A DNA stretch of 47,402 nucleotides from Candidatus Micrarchaeota archaeon (GTDB lineage: Archaea; Micrarchaeota; Micrarchaeia; Anstonellales; Bilamarchaeaceae), in NCBI GenBank assembly GCA_029557835.1, contig JAKQHW010000060.1, positions 1 to 47,402 of the forward strand. The letters are read 5' to 3'. Shown piece after piece: positions 28,594 to 38,190 of the stretch; position 1 is the first letter of the stretch; each line of letters starts with the position of its first letter. A model generated the notes under the pieces. It was given only the letters and a program-made list of their open reading frames with translations, made no database searches and was not told the DNA's origin. The translations under genes were made by a program, and so were the position numbers.

Positions 28594-29366
28594 TTTTTGG
28601 TCTTTGCGAGGTAATAGTAGAGGGAGGACGCAGAGAGCCCGAGCACCACGGAAAGGAGCCCGAAGAAGAGCATGGGCGGGAGGAAGAATTCCCCTGCCGT
28701 TTCAGAGACCGGGCCCTGGCTCGCGGCCACAAGGTCCTTCTCGAGGAGCGTGGAGGCGCCGTCTTTTGCCATGCCCACCAGGAACGGCGGGAGCAGGAAA
28801 AGGGAGATTGCGCAGATAAGGAAAATTATGAATGAGAATATTGCGGCCGAGGAGGCGGCCGAGAACGCGAGGCGGAGCAGGTCCCTTGAGCCGAAATAAA
28901 GGAATGTGAACGATAGGAACGCGCATATTATGGATGCGGCGAGGAGGGGGAGGAGGCGGGACTGGAGCCGGGCTATCTCGAGCCCGTAATTGACCATTAT
29001 GTCCTCGGACTTTATGGAGATAAGCTCCCGCGCGAGGCGGAGCTGGAGCTCCTGGGTGCTGGTGACGTACCTGTTCTCTATGAGGGAGCATACGTACACG
29101 TCGCTTATTCCCCCGAATTCCATGGAGGCGCCATGGTGCGCCCTGCCAGTGCAATAGGAGGCGGTGTTGTCGTAGGTGAGGGTGCTCAGCTGGGGCTCGT
29201 GCGCAAGCAGGATCGGGACCATCCTCGGCGCATACTGGTTGTATGCCTTCTCGATGATGGACTGCTTGGCCCCGGGAAGCATGAAAATGAGCATGGCGGA
29301 GAAAATGCAGAGGAATGCCATTCCCTGCAGAGCGAATCCCAGCCAGCGTAGCATCAACCTGCGCAT
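28590..29366 (-). CDS. Hypothetical membrane protein
   Basis: About four hydrophobic segments, 258 aa, convergent with pyrF. Confidence 0.7.
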   Translation of the reverse strand: MRRLMLRWLGFALQGMAFLCIFSAMLIFMLPGAKQSIIEKAYNQYAPRMVPILLAHEPQLSTLTYDNTASYCTGRAHHGASMEFGGISDVYVCSLIENRYVTSTQELQLRLARELISIKSEDIMVNYGLEIARLQSRLLPLLAASIICAFLSFTFLYFGSRDLLRLAFSAASSAAIFSFIIFLICAISLFLLPPFLVGMAKDGASTLLEKDLVAASQGPVSETAGEFFLPPMLFFGLLSVVLGLSASSLYYYLAKTKN

Positions 29367-29404
29367 GTGGAGGGTTTTTATTGGTGGGGATTTTAATTCT
29401 TGGC

Positions 29405-30145
29405 ATGATGGGAAAGGATGTTTCCGTCCGCATTCCTGCGGCAGGCTCCAGGAAGGGGGAGAACGGGAGGGTGCTCATCGTGGCCGGCAGCAGGAAATAC
29501 CACGGTGCTGCGGTCTTCTGCATCCTTGGGGCGAGGAGGTTCGCGGACCTGGTCTATTTCATGCCCGGGGAGAGGGATGGGAAGCTGCTTTTTTCGGTTG
29601 CGGGGGTCCCCGAGGCAATTGTGGTGGATGGGTATCCAGATGCGGACTGCGTGCTTGCGGGCCCGGGGCTGGGGGACGCTCCGCTCAGGCTTGGCGGGCT
29701 TAAGCGGAAATACAAAAAGATCGTTTTGGACGGGGATGCGCTCTCAAAGGTGCGGAAGGGAGGGCTGGAAGGGTGCGTGATAACCCCGCATGAGGGCGAG
29801 TTCAGGAGGCTGTTCGGAATCGATGGGAGCCCGGAGCATGTCAGGGCGATGGCGGAGAAATGGAAGTGCGTGATATTGAAGAAAGGGAAGGAGGACGTGG
29901 TATCAGACGGAAAAAGGATTGAGGTTGTGAAGGGGGGCAACGCCGGGCTCACAAAAGGAGGCACGGGGGACGTGCTTGCCGGGCTGCTCTGCGCCCTCTT
30001 TGCGAAAAATGGCGCGATGGATGCTGCGGTCGCCGCGGCGCGGGCGGGCAAGAGGGCTGGCGAGCTGCTTTTCAGGGAAAGGGGATATGCGTACTGCGCC
30101 TCGGACGTCGCGGAAAGGCTGCCCGAAGCGATGGGATGGAGATGA
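29405..30145 (+). CDS. nnrD: ADP-dependent NAD(P)H-hydrate dehydratase (YjeF C-terminal domain)
   Basis: KGENGRVLIVAGSRKYHGA, GPGLG, LDGDAL, TPHEGEF, GGTGDVLAG. Confidence 0.92.
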   Translation: MMGKDVSVRIPAAGSRKGENGRVLIVAGSRKYHGAAVFCILGARRFADLVYFMPGERDGKLLFSVAGVPEAIVVDGYPDADCVLAGPGLGDAPLRLGGLKRKYKKIVLDGDALSKVRKGGLEGCVITPHEGEFRRLFGIDGSPEHVRAMAEKWKCVILKKGKEDVVSDGKRIEVVKGGNAGLTKGGTGDVLAGLLCALFAKNGAMDAAVAAARAGKRAGELLFRERGYAYCASDVAERLPEAMGWR

Positions 30146-30148
30146 GGG

Positions 30149-31474
30149 TCAGCCCACCTTTATCGATTTTATGCGGATGTGCGGGCCACCGTCGCTCACG
30201 TTCATGGTCTGGCCGTTCTTGCCGCAGAAGCCTGGCTTGAGGCGGAGGTCGTTGCCGACCGCGTCGACCTCCCTGAGCGTCCCTATTATCGTGCCGGTTA
30301 TTGAAAGGTCGCGGACCCTTTCCCCGATGGCCCCCTTCGAAATGAGGAATGCCTCCTCGGCCCGGAACATGTACTGGCCGGTTATCGTGTCAACGCTTCC
30401 CCCGTTCATCCCTTTTACGTAGATTCCATCGCCCACTTCCATGAGCTCTTCAATGGAATGGTCCTTGGGGGAGATGTAGGTGTTGCTCATGCGTACGATT
30501 GGAGGGACCGAGAAATCCTCCGCGCGGGCATGGCCGTTCGGCTCGTCCCCCAGCGATTCCGCGCTCTCCGAGGAATGCATGAAGCAGTTGAGCTTCCCTT
30601 CCTTTATGAGATGGGCGGCCTTCCCGGGCATCCCCTCGTCATCGAATAGGTAGGAGCCGAATTCGCCTTCGAGTCCGGGGTTGTCCCATATGTCCACCAG
30701 TTCGGAGCCCAATTGCATGCCCTTCTTGCCTGCGAGTATGGATGTCCCCTCAAGGATTGCGTCCCCCTCGCACGCATGCCCCACCGCCTCGTGGGCGAAA
30801 ACCCCGGCCATCTCGTTGTCAAGAACCGCCGTGAAGGTGCCGTGTGGGGGAGGGGACGCGGAGAGGGCGCCCAGGCATTTCCTCTTCGCCTCCCCAGCGG
30901 AAAAGATGAGGGCGCCCATGTCCCAGCCCTTCCTTGAGCCCCAGCTGTGGTGCCCGTCCTGCCTTGCGTTGCCATCCTTCCCGATGCAGATGAAGCGGGA
31001 ATAGAGCCTGAGGTAGCTTTCAGATATCATCGCCCCCGCGGAATTGGCATATGCGCGTAAAGTGGATATCTCGGAGAGGCGCACCTGCCTGTTGGAGATC
31101 TTTTCCCCCTCCATCCCGGAATGGAGCTCCCTTGCGGTGGAGAGCAGGGACTCTGCGTCCGGGGCAGGGTGCTCTTTGCCGTTCCCCGGGTGTGCGGGCT
31201 CCCCTTCCCTCCGGGGGTATTTGGAGTTACCGGGTGAGGCCATGGCCAGGCGCTCTGCCCTTGAAAGCAGGGATTCGAAATCTGCAGGCGCGCCTGCGGC
31301 GAAGCCCCAGGAGCCGCCGATGAACGCCCGCACCGACAGCCCCTCGGATGCGCCCTCCTTGCTCTCCTGCTCCCCGTCCTTTATCCCGACGGTGAGAGAG
31401 CTGGTGCTGACGAAGCGGGCGTCGCAGAAGAGTTGTTTCCGCTGGAGCGCGGAGGAGATGCGTTCCAGGTCCAT
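30149..31474 (-). CDS. tldD: TldD/PmbA family metalloprotease
   Basis: HEAVGH, DDEG, NGHAR, RMSNT, CGKNGQ, GGPH. Confidence 0.93.
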   Translation of the reverse strand: MDLERISSALQRKQLFCDARFVSTSSLTVGIKDGEQESKEGASEGLSVRAFIGGSWGFAAGAPADFESLLSRAERLAMASPGNSKYPRREGEPAHPGNGKEHPAPDAESLLSTARELHSGMEGEKISNRQVRLSEISTLRAYANSAGAMISESYLRLYSRFICIGKDGNARQDGHHSWGSRKGWDMGALIFSAGEAKRKCLGALSASPPPHGTFTAVLDNEMAGVFAHEAVGHACEGDAILEGTSILAGKKGMQLGSELVDIWDNPGLEGEFGSYLFDDEGMPGKAAHLIKEGKLNCFMHSSESAESLGDEPNGHARAEDFSVPPIVRMSNTYISPKDHSIEELMEVGDGIYVKGMNGGSVDTITGQYMFRAEEAFLISKGAIGERVRDLSITGTIIGTLREVDAVGNDLRLKPGFCGKNGQTMNVSDGGPHIRIKSIKVG

Positions 31475-31480
31475 TCCGGC

Positions 31481-31786
31481 TCACTCCTTCGGCCCGAGCA
31501 CGGACCTGTACGCGTCGTACTGTTCCTTGCTCGCGATTATGCAGAAAAGGATGTTCTCCTGGTCCATCGCGCGCATGATGATGTGCTTCGGGCCGGCAGT
31601 TATTATCAGCTCGGTGGCCTCGTCCTTCACCTCCTTCATCAGCGCATCTCCGATGTTGAAGCTTGCGGAGGCCATGCTGTCCACCCCGTCCGGGATGTTG
31701 AAGTTCGAGCCCTGAACCGAGCCGTCCTTGCGTATCACCGAAGCCATTATGCCCGCGGCCTTGAGCTTCTCGAGTATGTCGAACAT
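31481..31786 (-). CDS. Roadblock/LC7 domain protein
   Basis: 101 aa; GIMASVIRKDG, SMASASFNIGDALMKEV, beta-rich C-terminal half. Confidence 0.7.
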   Translation of the reverse strand: MFDILEKLKAAGIMASVIRKDGSVQGSNFNIPDGVDSMASASFNIGDALMKEVKDEATELIITAGPKHIIMRAMDQENILFCIIASKEQYDAYRSVLGPKE

Positions 31787-32500
31787 TCAGTCCACCTCAA
31801 CTCCCAGGGGCCCGACCCTTATCGGGACCTCTATCGGGAACTCCGGGCTCGCCACGGATTTCGAGCCCTCGGATATTTTTATCCTGAACTCCTGGTCGGC
31901 GGAATGCCTTATCTGTGTGAGGAACTTGTCGTCGTGCATCCCCTCGTCGACCATGAGGAAGGTGGTTGCGTTGGCGTTCTTGAGCCTCCCGTCCACCAGG
32001 GAAAGGAACTTGAGGAGGGAATCCGGCTGGGAATGGACGGAGAGGGTGGAGAAGGAGTGGAAGACCACGCGGATGCGCTTCCCCTTCATCTGCTCGACCG
32101 CCTCGTTTATGGAAAGGGAGAGCTCGTTGAGGGCGCCCGGGCCGCTTATCTGGACGATATTGGGCACGTGGGGGTTGGGGGCGGAGATTGTCGCGGAATA
32201 GCAGTCCAGGTATTTCACGAGGTCGGAGCGTATGCTTATGCCCATCTCGGATGCGAGCTTCTCAAGCTCCTCCGGGGTCCGGTCGGTGGTTATGTAGAGC
32301 ACCTTCTCCCCGGCCTGTATGCCCGCGGAGACGAAATGGAACGCGAAGGCGAGCTTCTCGTTCCCGCCCGGGCCTATGAACGCGACGAGGGCGGGGTTCT
32401 TGTACCCCCCCTCGAGCATCATGTCGAATTGGGAGATGCCGGTGCTCGCCCGGTTGAGCCTGAGGATCGGGAGGTTCTTGTTTACGCCTAGTTCGTCCAT
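31787..32500 (-). CDS. KaiC/RAD55-like RecA-superfamily protein with degenerate Walker A
   Basis: STGISQFDMMLEGG, GEKVLYIT, YLDCYS, RVVFHSFSTL; GPGGNEKL at the P-loop position. Confidence 0.8.
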   Translation of the reverse strand: MDELGVNKNLPILRLNRASTGISQFDMMLEGGYKNPALVAFIGPGGNEKLAFAFHFVSAGIQAGEKVLYITTDRTPEELEKLASEMGISIRSDLVKYLDCYSATISAPNPHVPNIVQISGPGALNELSLSINEAVEQMKGKRIRVVFHSFSTLSVHSQPDSLLKFLSLVDGRLKNANATTFLMVDEGMHDDKFLTQIRHSADQEFRIKISEGSKSVASPEFPIEVPIRVGPLGVEVD

Positions 32501-32551
32501 GGTGCTGTTTCATTCGGAAAATTTAAAATTGGTGCTAATGTAAATGGTTGC

Positions 32552-33193
32552 ATGGCGGACATGTCCCTTGGGATTGCGGAGTTTCTTGGAAGCGCATATT
32601 CGCAGCTGCAGGCGCAGGTCGGGGTGACCAACGCGAACGTTGCCGTGATGGCCCTCTCCATCGCGGTTTATGCGGCGGTGATCGGGCTTTTTTACAAGAC
32701 CCTGTCCAGGCGGAACATAATAGATATAGACTGGTCGCGGGTGGGGACCGGCTTCGTCTCACAGGTTGTCGAGAGGGTTAAGTTCGCCCTGGAATACATA
32801 ATAGTGTTCCCTCTTGCGACATTTGTATGGTTCATACTGCTCTCCATAGCGCTCTTCTTCATGTCGCAGACAGGGGCCATCGCGGACATGATGTTCATCG
32901 CGATATCACTGGTCGCGGCGACTCGGGTTTGCGCATATTACGACGAGGAGATAGCCGGGGACATAGCAAAGCTGATACCCCTTGCGATATTGGGTGCGTT
33001 CATAGCCGGCTCCACCATGTTCTCCGCGGAGATAATAGAGGACAGGATTGCGGAGATACTGATGCTCCTTGAAAGCGCGCTCCCGTACCTATGGATGCTC
33101 ATGGTGCTGGAGGTCGTGCTCAGGCTGCTGTTCCTGGTGAAAAGGGCGATCTGGCCCGAGAAAAAGGCGCATAAGGCCAAGCCGGCCGCATGA
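32552..33193 (+). CDS. Hypothetical membrane protein
   Basis: About five TM segments, 213 aa. Confidence 0.75.
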   Translation: MADMSLGIAEFLGSAYSQLQAQVGVTNANVAVMALSIAVYAAVIGLFYKTLSRRNIIDIDWSRVGTGFVSQVVERVKFALEYIIVFPLATFVWFILLSIALFFMSQTGAIADMMFIAISLVAATRVCAYYDEEIAGDIAKLIPLAILGAFIAGSTMFSAEIIEDRIAEILMLLESALPYLWMLMVLEVVLRLLFLVKRAIWPEKKAHKAKPAA

Positions 33194-33234
33194 GTTTTCT
33201 GGCTGGACATGGCTAAGCCGGGCAGAGAGCCAGC

Positions 33235-33264
33235 GCTTATAAATATATAAGCAAATACTAATAT
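33235..33264 (+). promoter_or_regulatory. TATA box with putative ArsR operator
   Basis: CTTATAAA; perfect IR GCTTATA-aata-TATAAGC (33235-33252) and imperfect IR ATATAAG-N6-CTAATAT (33245-33264) directly before arsR. Confidence 0.55.
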
Positions 33265-33513
33265 GTGAAGATGGGGATATTGAAGGCGCTGGCGGACGAA
33301 ACGCGGCTCCGCATCCTGGAAAGGGTTGCAATGGAGGAGATTTGCGCATGCGAGCTTCCCGGGATTGTGAGGAAGACCCAGCCCGCGGTCTCGCAGCACC
33401 TTTCTGTTTTGCTGGGTGCTGGGCTGGTGCGCATGAGGAAGGACGGGAAGATGAGGATTTACTCGGTTTCGGAGAAGGGAAGGGCAATACTGGGGGATTT
33501 GAAGAAGTGGTGA
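33265..33513 (+). CDS. arsR: ArsR/SmtB family transcriptional regulator
   Basis: KALADETRLRIL, CACE metal site, TQPAVSQHL. Confidence 0.93.
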   Translation: MKMGILKALADETRLRILERVAMEEICACELPGIVRKTQPAVSQHLSVLLGAGLVRMRKDGKMRIYSVSEKGRAILGDLKKW

Positions 33514-33517
33514 CTGG

Positions 33518-34729
33518 ATGGCCGGCATCTATGATGGAATAAAAACATTTTTTGGGGTTCCGTTCAACCTTTATCTCGCCATATTTCTCGTGCTGTTGGG
33601 GGCAGCGGCACTGTTGTGGGTGGACGGAGCCCAGGCGGAGCGTGAGGGCGGGGAATTGGCTGTGAACTATTTTTACCTCCCCACCTGCCCGCATTGCGCG
33701 GAGCAAAGGCCAATCCTCGTCGAGCTTGCGGTTGAGATGGAAAACGTATCAATTGCCTTCCATGACGCTTCGACCCCGGAGGGGAGCATGCTGTTCTATG
33801 AGCTTGCGTCCGAGGCAGGGATGGACATCTCCCGCCTAGGGGTGCCGACTACCTTTGTGGGCAGGAGGGCCCTGGTGGGGTTCCACTCGAAGGAAGAGAT
33901 AGCCAGGGAAATAGGGCATTGCATGGAAAACTGCAGGGGGGAGAACGGCGCGGGTGCGGGGGGCAGGCAGGAGCTTGCGACCGGTGCCAGGGAATTCGAC
34001 CTCCCGTTCCTTGGAAGGACCGACCTTACGGCAGTGTCGCTTCCGGCCCTTGCCATAATCCTGGGCATCGTGGACGGGTTCAACCCGTGCGCGATGTGGG
34101 TCCTGGTGTACCTTATCGCCTTGCTGATGAACGTGAATGACCGGCGCAAGTTCTGGATAATCATAGGGAGCTTCGTGCTTGCATCCGGGGTCCTGTATTT
34201 CCTTTTCATGACCGCATGGCTGAACGCATTCCTCCTACTGGGGTACATCCGGGCAGTGACGGTCGCGATAGGGGTTGTTGCGCTCGGCGGCGGGGTGCTC
34301 AGCCTAAAGGAATACTTCACAACAAAGGGGGAGCTCACGTGCAAGGTCGGGGACCTGGAGGCGCACAGGAAAACCGAGGGAAGGATACAGGAGATAATCT
34401 CTTCACCGCTTTCTCCCGCACTGATAATATCCATAATCGCGCTGGCGTTTGTCGTGAATTCGGTGGAGTTCGCATGTTCCTCCGCAATACCCGCGGTTTT
34501 CACCCAGGTGCTTGCAATCAGCGGCATAGGCGTGCTTGAGCAGTATGCGTACATATCCCTCTATGTGCTTTTCTTCATGCTTGACGACCTGGCCATATTC
34601 GGGCTGGCAGGATTTGCGGTCGCTGGGGGGATGGGGAGCAGATATGCCAAATACTGCAAGGCGATTGGAGGGGCGATAATGGTTGCGCTCGGCATGATGA
34701 TGCTGTTTGCGCCAAGCTTGCTGAGGTGA
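33518..34729 (+). CDS. Thioredoxin-fold plus CcdA/DsbD-like membrane protein
   Basis: CPHC motif; TM domain with DGFNPCAMWVL and FACSSAIP. Confidence 0.75.
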   Translation: MAGIYDGIKTFFGVPFNLYLAIFLVLLGAAALLWVDGAQAEREGGELAVNYFYLPTCPHCAEQRPILVELAVEMENVSIAFHDASTPEGSMLFYELASEAGMDISRLGVPTTFVGRRALVGFHSKEEIAREIGHCMENCRGENGAGAGGRQELATGAREFDLPFLGRTDLTAVSLPALAIILGIVDGFNPCAMWVLVYLIALLMNVNDRRKFWIIIGSFVLASGVLYFLFMTAWLNAFLLLGYIRAVTVAIGVVALGGGVLSLKEYFTTKGELTCKVGDLEAHRKTEGRIQEIISSPLSPALIISIIALAFVVNSVEFACSSAIPAVFTQVLAISGIGVLEQYAYISLYVLFFMLDDLAIFGLAGFAVAGGMGSRYAKYCKAIGGAIMVALGMMMLFAPSLLR

Positions 34730-34734
34730 ATTGC

Positions 34735-34965
34735 ATGAAAATAGAGATACTTGGGATGGGATGCCCTAACTGCAAAAGGCTGGAGGAGAATGCGCGTAAG
34801 GCTGTTTCCGAGCTGGGGATTGATGCGGAGATGGTGAAGGTTGCGGAAATAGAGAAAATAATGGGATATGATGTGATGTCCGCCCCTGCCCTGGTTGTGG
34901 ACGGGAAGGTCGTGTGCTCCGGAAGGGTTCCGGACGTGAAGGAGATAAAGGGATGGTTGGCCTGA
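34735..34965 (+). CDS. Small redox-active disulfide protein (MTH895/ArsE-like)
   Basis: MKIEILGMGCPNC...VMSAPALVVDGKV; GAGGTGA RBS. Confidence 0.9.
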   Translation: MKIEILGMGCPNCKRLEENARKAVSELGIDAEMVKVAEIEKIMGYDVMSAPALVVDGKVVCSGRVPDVKEIKGWLA

Positions 34966-35472
34966 ATGGCTGGGAATAAAATTGCATTGGTTTCGTTATC
35001 CGTTGCCCTGCTTTTGCTTTTGGGCTGTGCCGCGGGCGGTGCCCCTGATGGCGGAGCTGCGACGGAAGGCGGGGGAAACGCAGGTGCGGGCAATGCAACC
35101 GGAAACGGGACAGGGGGCATGGCCAATACGGTCCAGAAGGTGGAGGTAATCCATTTCCACGGGACGCACCAGTGCTATTCCTGCATAACCGTGGGGGACT
35201 ACGCGGGGGAGACCGTGAACAGGTATTTTGCGAGGGAGATGGCGGAGGGGAAGGTGACTTTTGCGCACGTGAACGCCGAACTTCCCGAGAATTGGGAACT
35301 GGCCGAGAAATACGGGGTGGCCAGCGCGTCGCTCTGGATCGGGGTTTATGATGATGCTGGGTTCCACAAGGAACAAAACACGAAGGTATGGTACAAAATA
35401 TCGAACCGGGAAGAGTATATGTCCTACCTGAAGGGAATAATAGAGAAAAGGCTAGACGGTGATTTCAGTTGA
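34966..35472 (+). CDS. ArsF-like thioredoxin-fold lipoprotein
   Basis: Lipobox LLGC; VEVIHFHGTHQCYSC; NWELAEKYGV. Confidence 0.75.
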   Translation: MAGNKIALVSLSVALLLLLGCAAGGAPDGGAATEGGGNAGAGNATGNGTGGMANTVQKVEVIHFHGTHQCYSCITVGDYAGETVNRYFAREMAEGKVTFAHVNAELPENWELAEKYGVASASLWIGVYDDAGFHKEQNTKVWYKISNREEYMSYLKGIIEKRLDGDFS

Positions 35473-36194
35473 ATGAATTATTCTCCTTCATGGAGGCGAT
35501 GGGCACAAGCGAAATCGCCCTTGTTGCTGCCTTTTTCATAGGGCTGATGATGGCGCTCAGCCCCTGCCCCCTCGCCACCAACATAACCGCGATAGCATAC
35601 ATCTCAAAAAACATGAAGGGCGGGAAAGGGACTGTCCTCCTGGTGGGCGCCGCATATACGCTGGGGAGGATGCTCGCATACGTTGCAATCGCCTCCTTTG
35701 TCGTGTTTGTCGGGCTCAACGTCCAGCTCGTATCCTTGGCCCTGCAGGCGTACGGGGATAAAATCCTGGGCCCGTTCCTCATTATTGCGGGAGTGCTGCT
35801 CCTGGGCATATTCAGGATAACCCTTCCGGGCGGGGGAAAGATGCTGGAAACCGCGAGGGGGAGGCTGGCGCACTCCGGGCTGCTGGGAAGCTTTTTGCTG
35901 GGGGTGGTCTTCGCACTCGCCTTCTGCCCTTTCAGCGCGGTGCTTTTCTTCGGGATGCTCATTCCCCTGGCGGTGGCCGCGGGGGACGGGCTGCTCATCC
36001 CTGCCGCATTTTCAATCGCAACCGGGCTTCCGGTAATCCTGTTTTCGTTCATCCTTGCATATGGCATCTCCAGGCTGGGCGAGATGATGAACGTGGCAAG
36101 TTCGATTGAGAAATACATGCGGATTGCAGTTTCTTTCGTTTTCATAATCGTGGGAGTTTGCTACACGCTGGGCATGACGCTGAACTGGATTTGA
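35469..36194 (+). CDS. ArsG-like (CcdA/DsbD-related) membrane transporter
   Basis: ALSPCPLATNITAIAYI, YTLGR, ALAFCPFSAVLFFGMLIP. Confidence 0.8.
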   Translation: MNELFSFMEAMGTSEIALVAAFFIGLMMALSPCPLATNITAIAYISKNMKGGKGTVLLVGAAYTLGRMLAYVAIASFVVFVGLNVQLVSLALQAYGDKILGPFLIIAGVLLLGIFRITLPGGGKMLETARGRLAHSGLLGSFLLGVVFALAFCPFSAVLFFGMLIPLAVAAGDGLLIPAAFSIATGLPVILFSFILAYGISRLGEMMNVASSIEKYMRIAVSFVFIIVGVCYTLGMTLNWI

Positions 36195-36205
36195 ATGGTG
36201 GCATT

Positions 36206-37139
36206 ATGGGGGTGCTGGAAGATTTCTCGGGATGGGTCGTTTTTGAGAAGCTCGGTTTCGAGGCGGGCGGCGCAGCCGGGGAGGCGCTCAATTTCTTCAT
36301 CTACGACACGATAAAGGTCTTCATCCTGCTCTCGGCGATGGTTTTCCTGGTTTCCCTCATAAGGGCGTCCCTTAGCCCGCATAGGATAAGGCAGATGCTG
36401 GGCGGGGGGAGGGAAGGGGCAGGGAACCTGATGGCCGCGCTCCTGGGCGTCCCAACCCCGTTCTGCTCATGCTCCGCAGTCCCCCTGTTCATAGGGTTTG
36501 TGAAGGCGGGGGTGCCGCTGGGGATAACGTTCTCGTTCCTCATCTCCTCCCCCATGGTGGATGGGGTGGCGATCGCGATGCTTCTGGCCCTGTTCGGATG
36601 GGAGGTGACGCTCATCTATGTCTCGGTGGGCGTGGCTGTCGCGACCGTTGCGGGAATCATCATAGGGAGGATGGGGCTGGAAGGGGGCCCAGGCGGGGAA
36701 CGGGGAGGAAGAAAAAACGGGCTGGAAGGAAAAAATCGCTTTCGCGAAGGCGGAGACTGCGGCGATAGTGACGAGGGTCGGGCCGTATGTGCTCGTGGGG
36801 GTTGGGGTGGGGGCTTTCATCCACGGGTTCGTTCCCGCAGATTTCCTTGCGGGCATCGCAGGGAAGGAAAATCCGCTTGCGGTGCCGGTTGCGGTGCTGG
36901 TGGGGATTCCGCTGTATTCCAATGCCGCCGGAACCATCCCCATAGTTCAGGCGCTCATGGCGAAAGGCATGGCCATGGGGACCGCTCTCGCCCTCATGAT
37001 GAGCATAACCGCGCTTTCGCTGCCGGAGATGGTCATATTGAGGAGGGTGCTCAAGCCGAAGCTGATAGCGGTGTTTGCTGGCATACTTGCCGTTTCATTC
37101 GTGCTGGTTGGGCTGCTGTTCAACGCAATAATCGGGTAG
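36206..37139 (+). pseudogene. arsP: ArsP (DUF318) permease with a frameshift near 36680-36690
   Basis: N-half PFCSCSAVPLF and ISSP in one frame; C-half GAFIHGFVP, GIPLYSNAAG, ALSLPE in the next frame. Confidence 0.8.
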
Positions 37140-37161
37140 ATGGGAGGGGGAGGCCGGGATT

Positions 37162-37279
37162 AACCGGAAACCCGCAACGGGAAACTCTAGATGGGCCCAT
37201 GGAGATTTTTCAAACTGTTTCCGGTCCTCAGTTTCCGGTTTCCCGAAGTAAAAAAGGCGGGTTTCCCGTTATGGGTATC
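37162..37279. repeat. Left att-like junction with inverted heptamer arms
   Basis: TGGGCCCatGGAGATTT (37192-37208) matches 46179-46195 at 15/17; GAAACCCGCAACGGGAAAC (37167-37185) is an imperfect IR of 37261-37279. Confidence 0.65.
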
Positions 37280-38140
37280 GAGTTTCCAGATTGTAGCAAA
37301 GCACAATCCCTTTCCGCAAGGCAGATTTCCAGGGAGCTTACAAAGGATTGGCCGCGGCTTAAGGAACAGCTAACCTTCCTTGCGCGGCATCTGACCAAAT
37401 GGAACCTTGTGAAAGCTATTGGAATCCTTTCAGAGGCGCGGAAAAGCCGCTTTTTGCGCAGGAAAACCCCCAAGTACGGCTCTATGAACAAGGGCTTTAC
37501 GGAAGAGGAATTGGAGCGGTTTTTCAGCGCCATAGACAACCCGAAGGCGCACCTGCTCTTTTCCTTCCAGGCGATTCTTGGGCTGCGCATAGGGGAGGCC
37601 ATAAGGGTGAATGTAAAGGACCTTAACCTGCGCAGCCGCGAGCTGCGCATCTTCACGGAGAAGAGCGGCAAGACGGACTATCTCCTGCTTCCGGAGAAAC
37701 TGTTCGACGCCGTCTTGAGCTACATCGGCTCCTTCGAAAAGGACATCGCGAAGGCGCAGGGCCATCTCTTCTTCTCCCTAGAGGAAGGGCTGAAGACCGA
37801 CAAGACCAAGCCGCACATCACCTCCCAGACCGCAAGGAAATTCTTCATGAAATACGTGAAGAAGGCCAAGCTGGACGAGGTTTATGGGTACAGCGTTGGG
37901 GAAAGCCCGAAGACGCTGTATAGGTTGAGCACCCATAGCTTGCGGCACTATGCAATTACGAACTTCTGCAGGAAGAATGGGGGAAACGTGATGCTGGCCT
38001 CCAAGTTTGCCAGGCACACCAACCTCCAAACCACGATGATATACGTGCACACGGCCAAGAATGAGCTTTACGAGAGCATAGAAAGGGCGAACAACGATGA
38101 GCTTTTGGAGAAGGTGAGGAAGATGCAGGAGGGGATTTGA
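37199..38140 (+). CDS. Tyrosine recombinase/integrase 1
   Basis: GLRIGE (R), EKS (K), HSLRH, ARH, TMIY (Y); start uncertain (37199 or 37271, or supplied by att recombination). Confidence 0.92.
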   Translation: MEIFQTVSGPQFPVSRSKKGGFPVMGIEFPDCSKAQSLSARQISRELTKDWPRLKEQLTFLARHLTKWNLVKAIGILSEARKSRFLRRKTPKYGSMNKGFTEEELERFFSAIDNPKAHLLFSFQAILGLRIGEAIRVNVKDLNLRSRELRIFTEKSGKTDYLLLPEKLFDAVLSYIGSFEKDIAKAQGHLFFSLEEGLKTDKTKPHITSQTARKFFMKYVKKAKLDEVYGYSVGESPKTLYRLSTHSLRHYAITNFCRKNGGNVMLASKFARHTNLQTTMIYVHTAKNELYESIERANNDELLEKVRKMQEGI

Positions 38141-38190
38141 AGATTCTGACATAAGGTAACTATTTAAGAAGGTTGATAAGAAATAGTGCC

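Noticed and set aside
36158..38140. 660-aa permease-integrase fusion ORF
   Set aside because: The middle section is out-of-frame translation of the arsP C-half; the fusion results from the arsP frameshift and a stop-free frame
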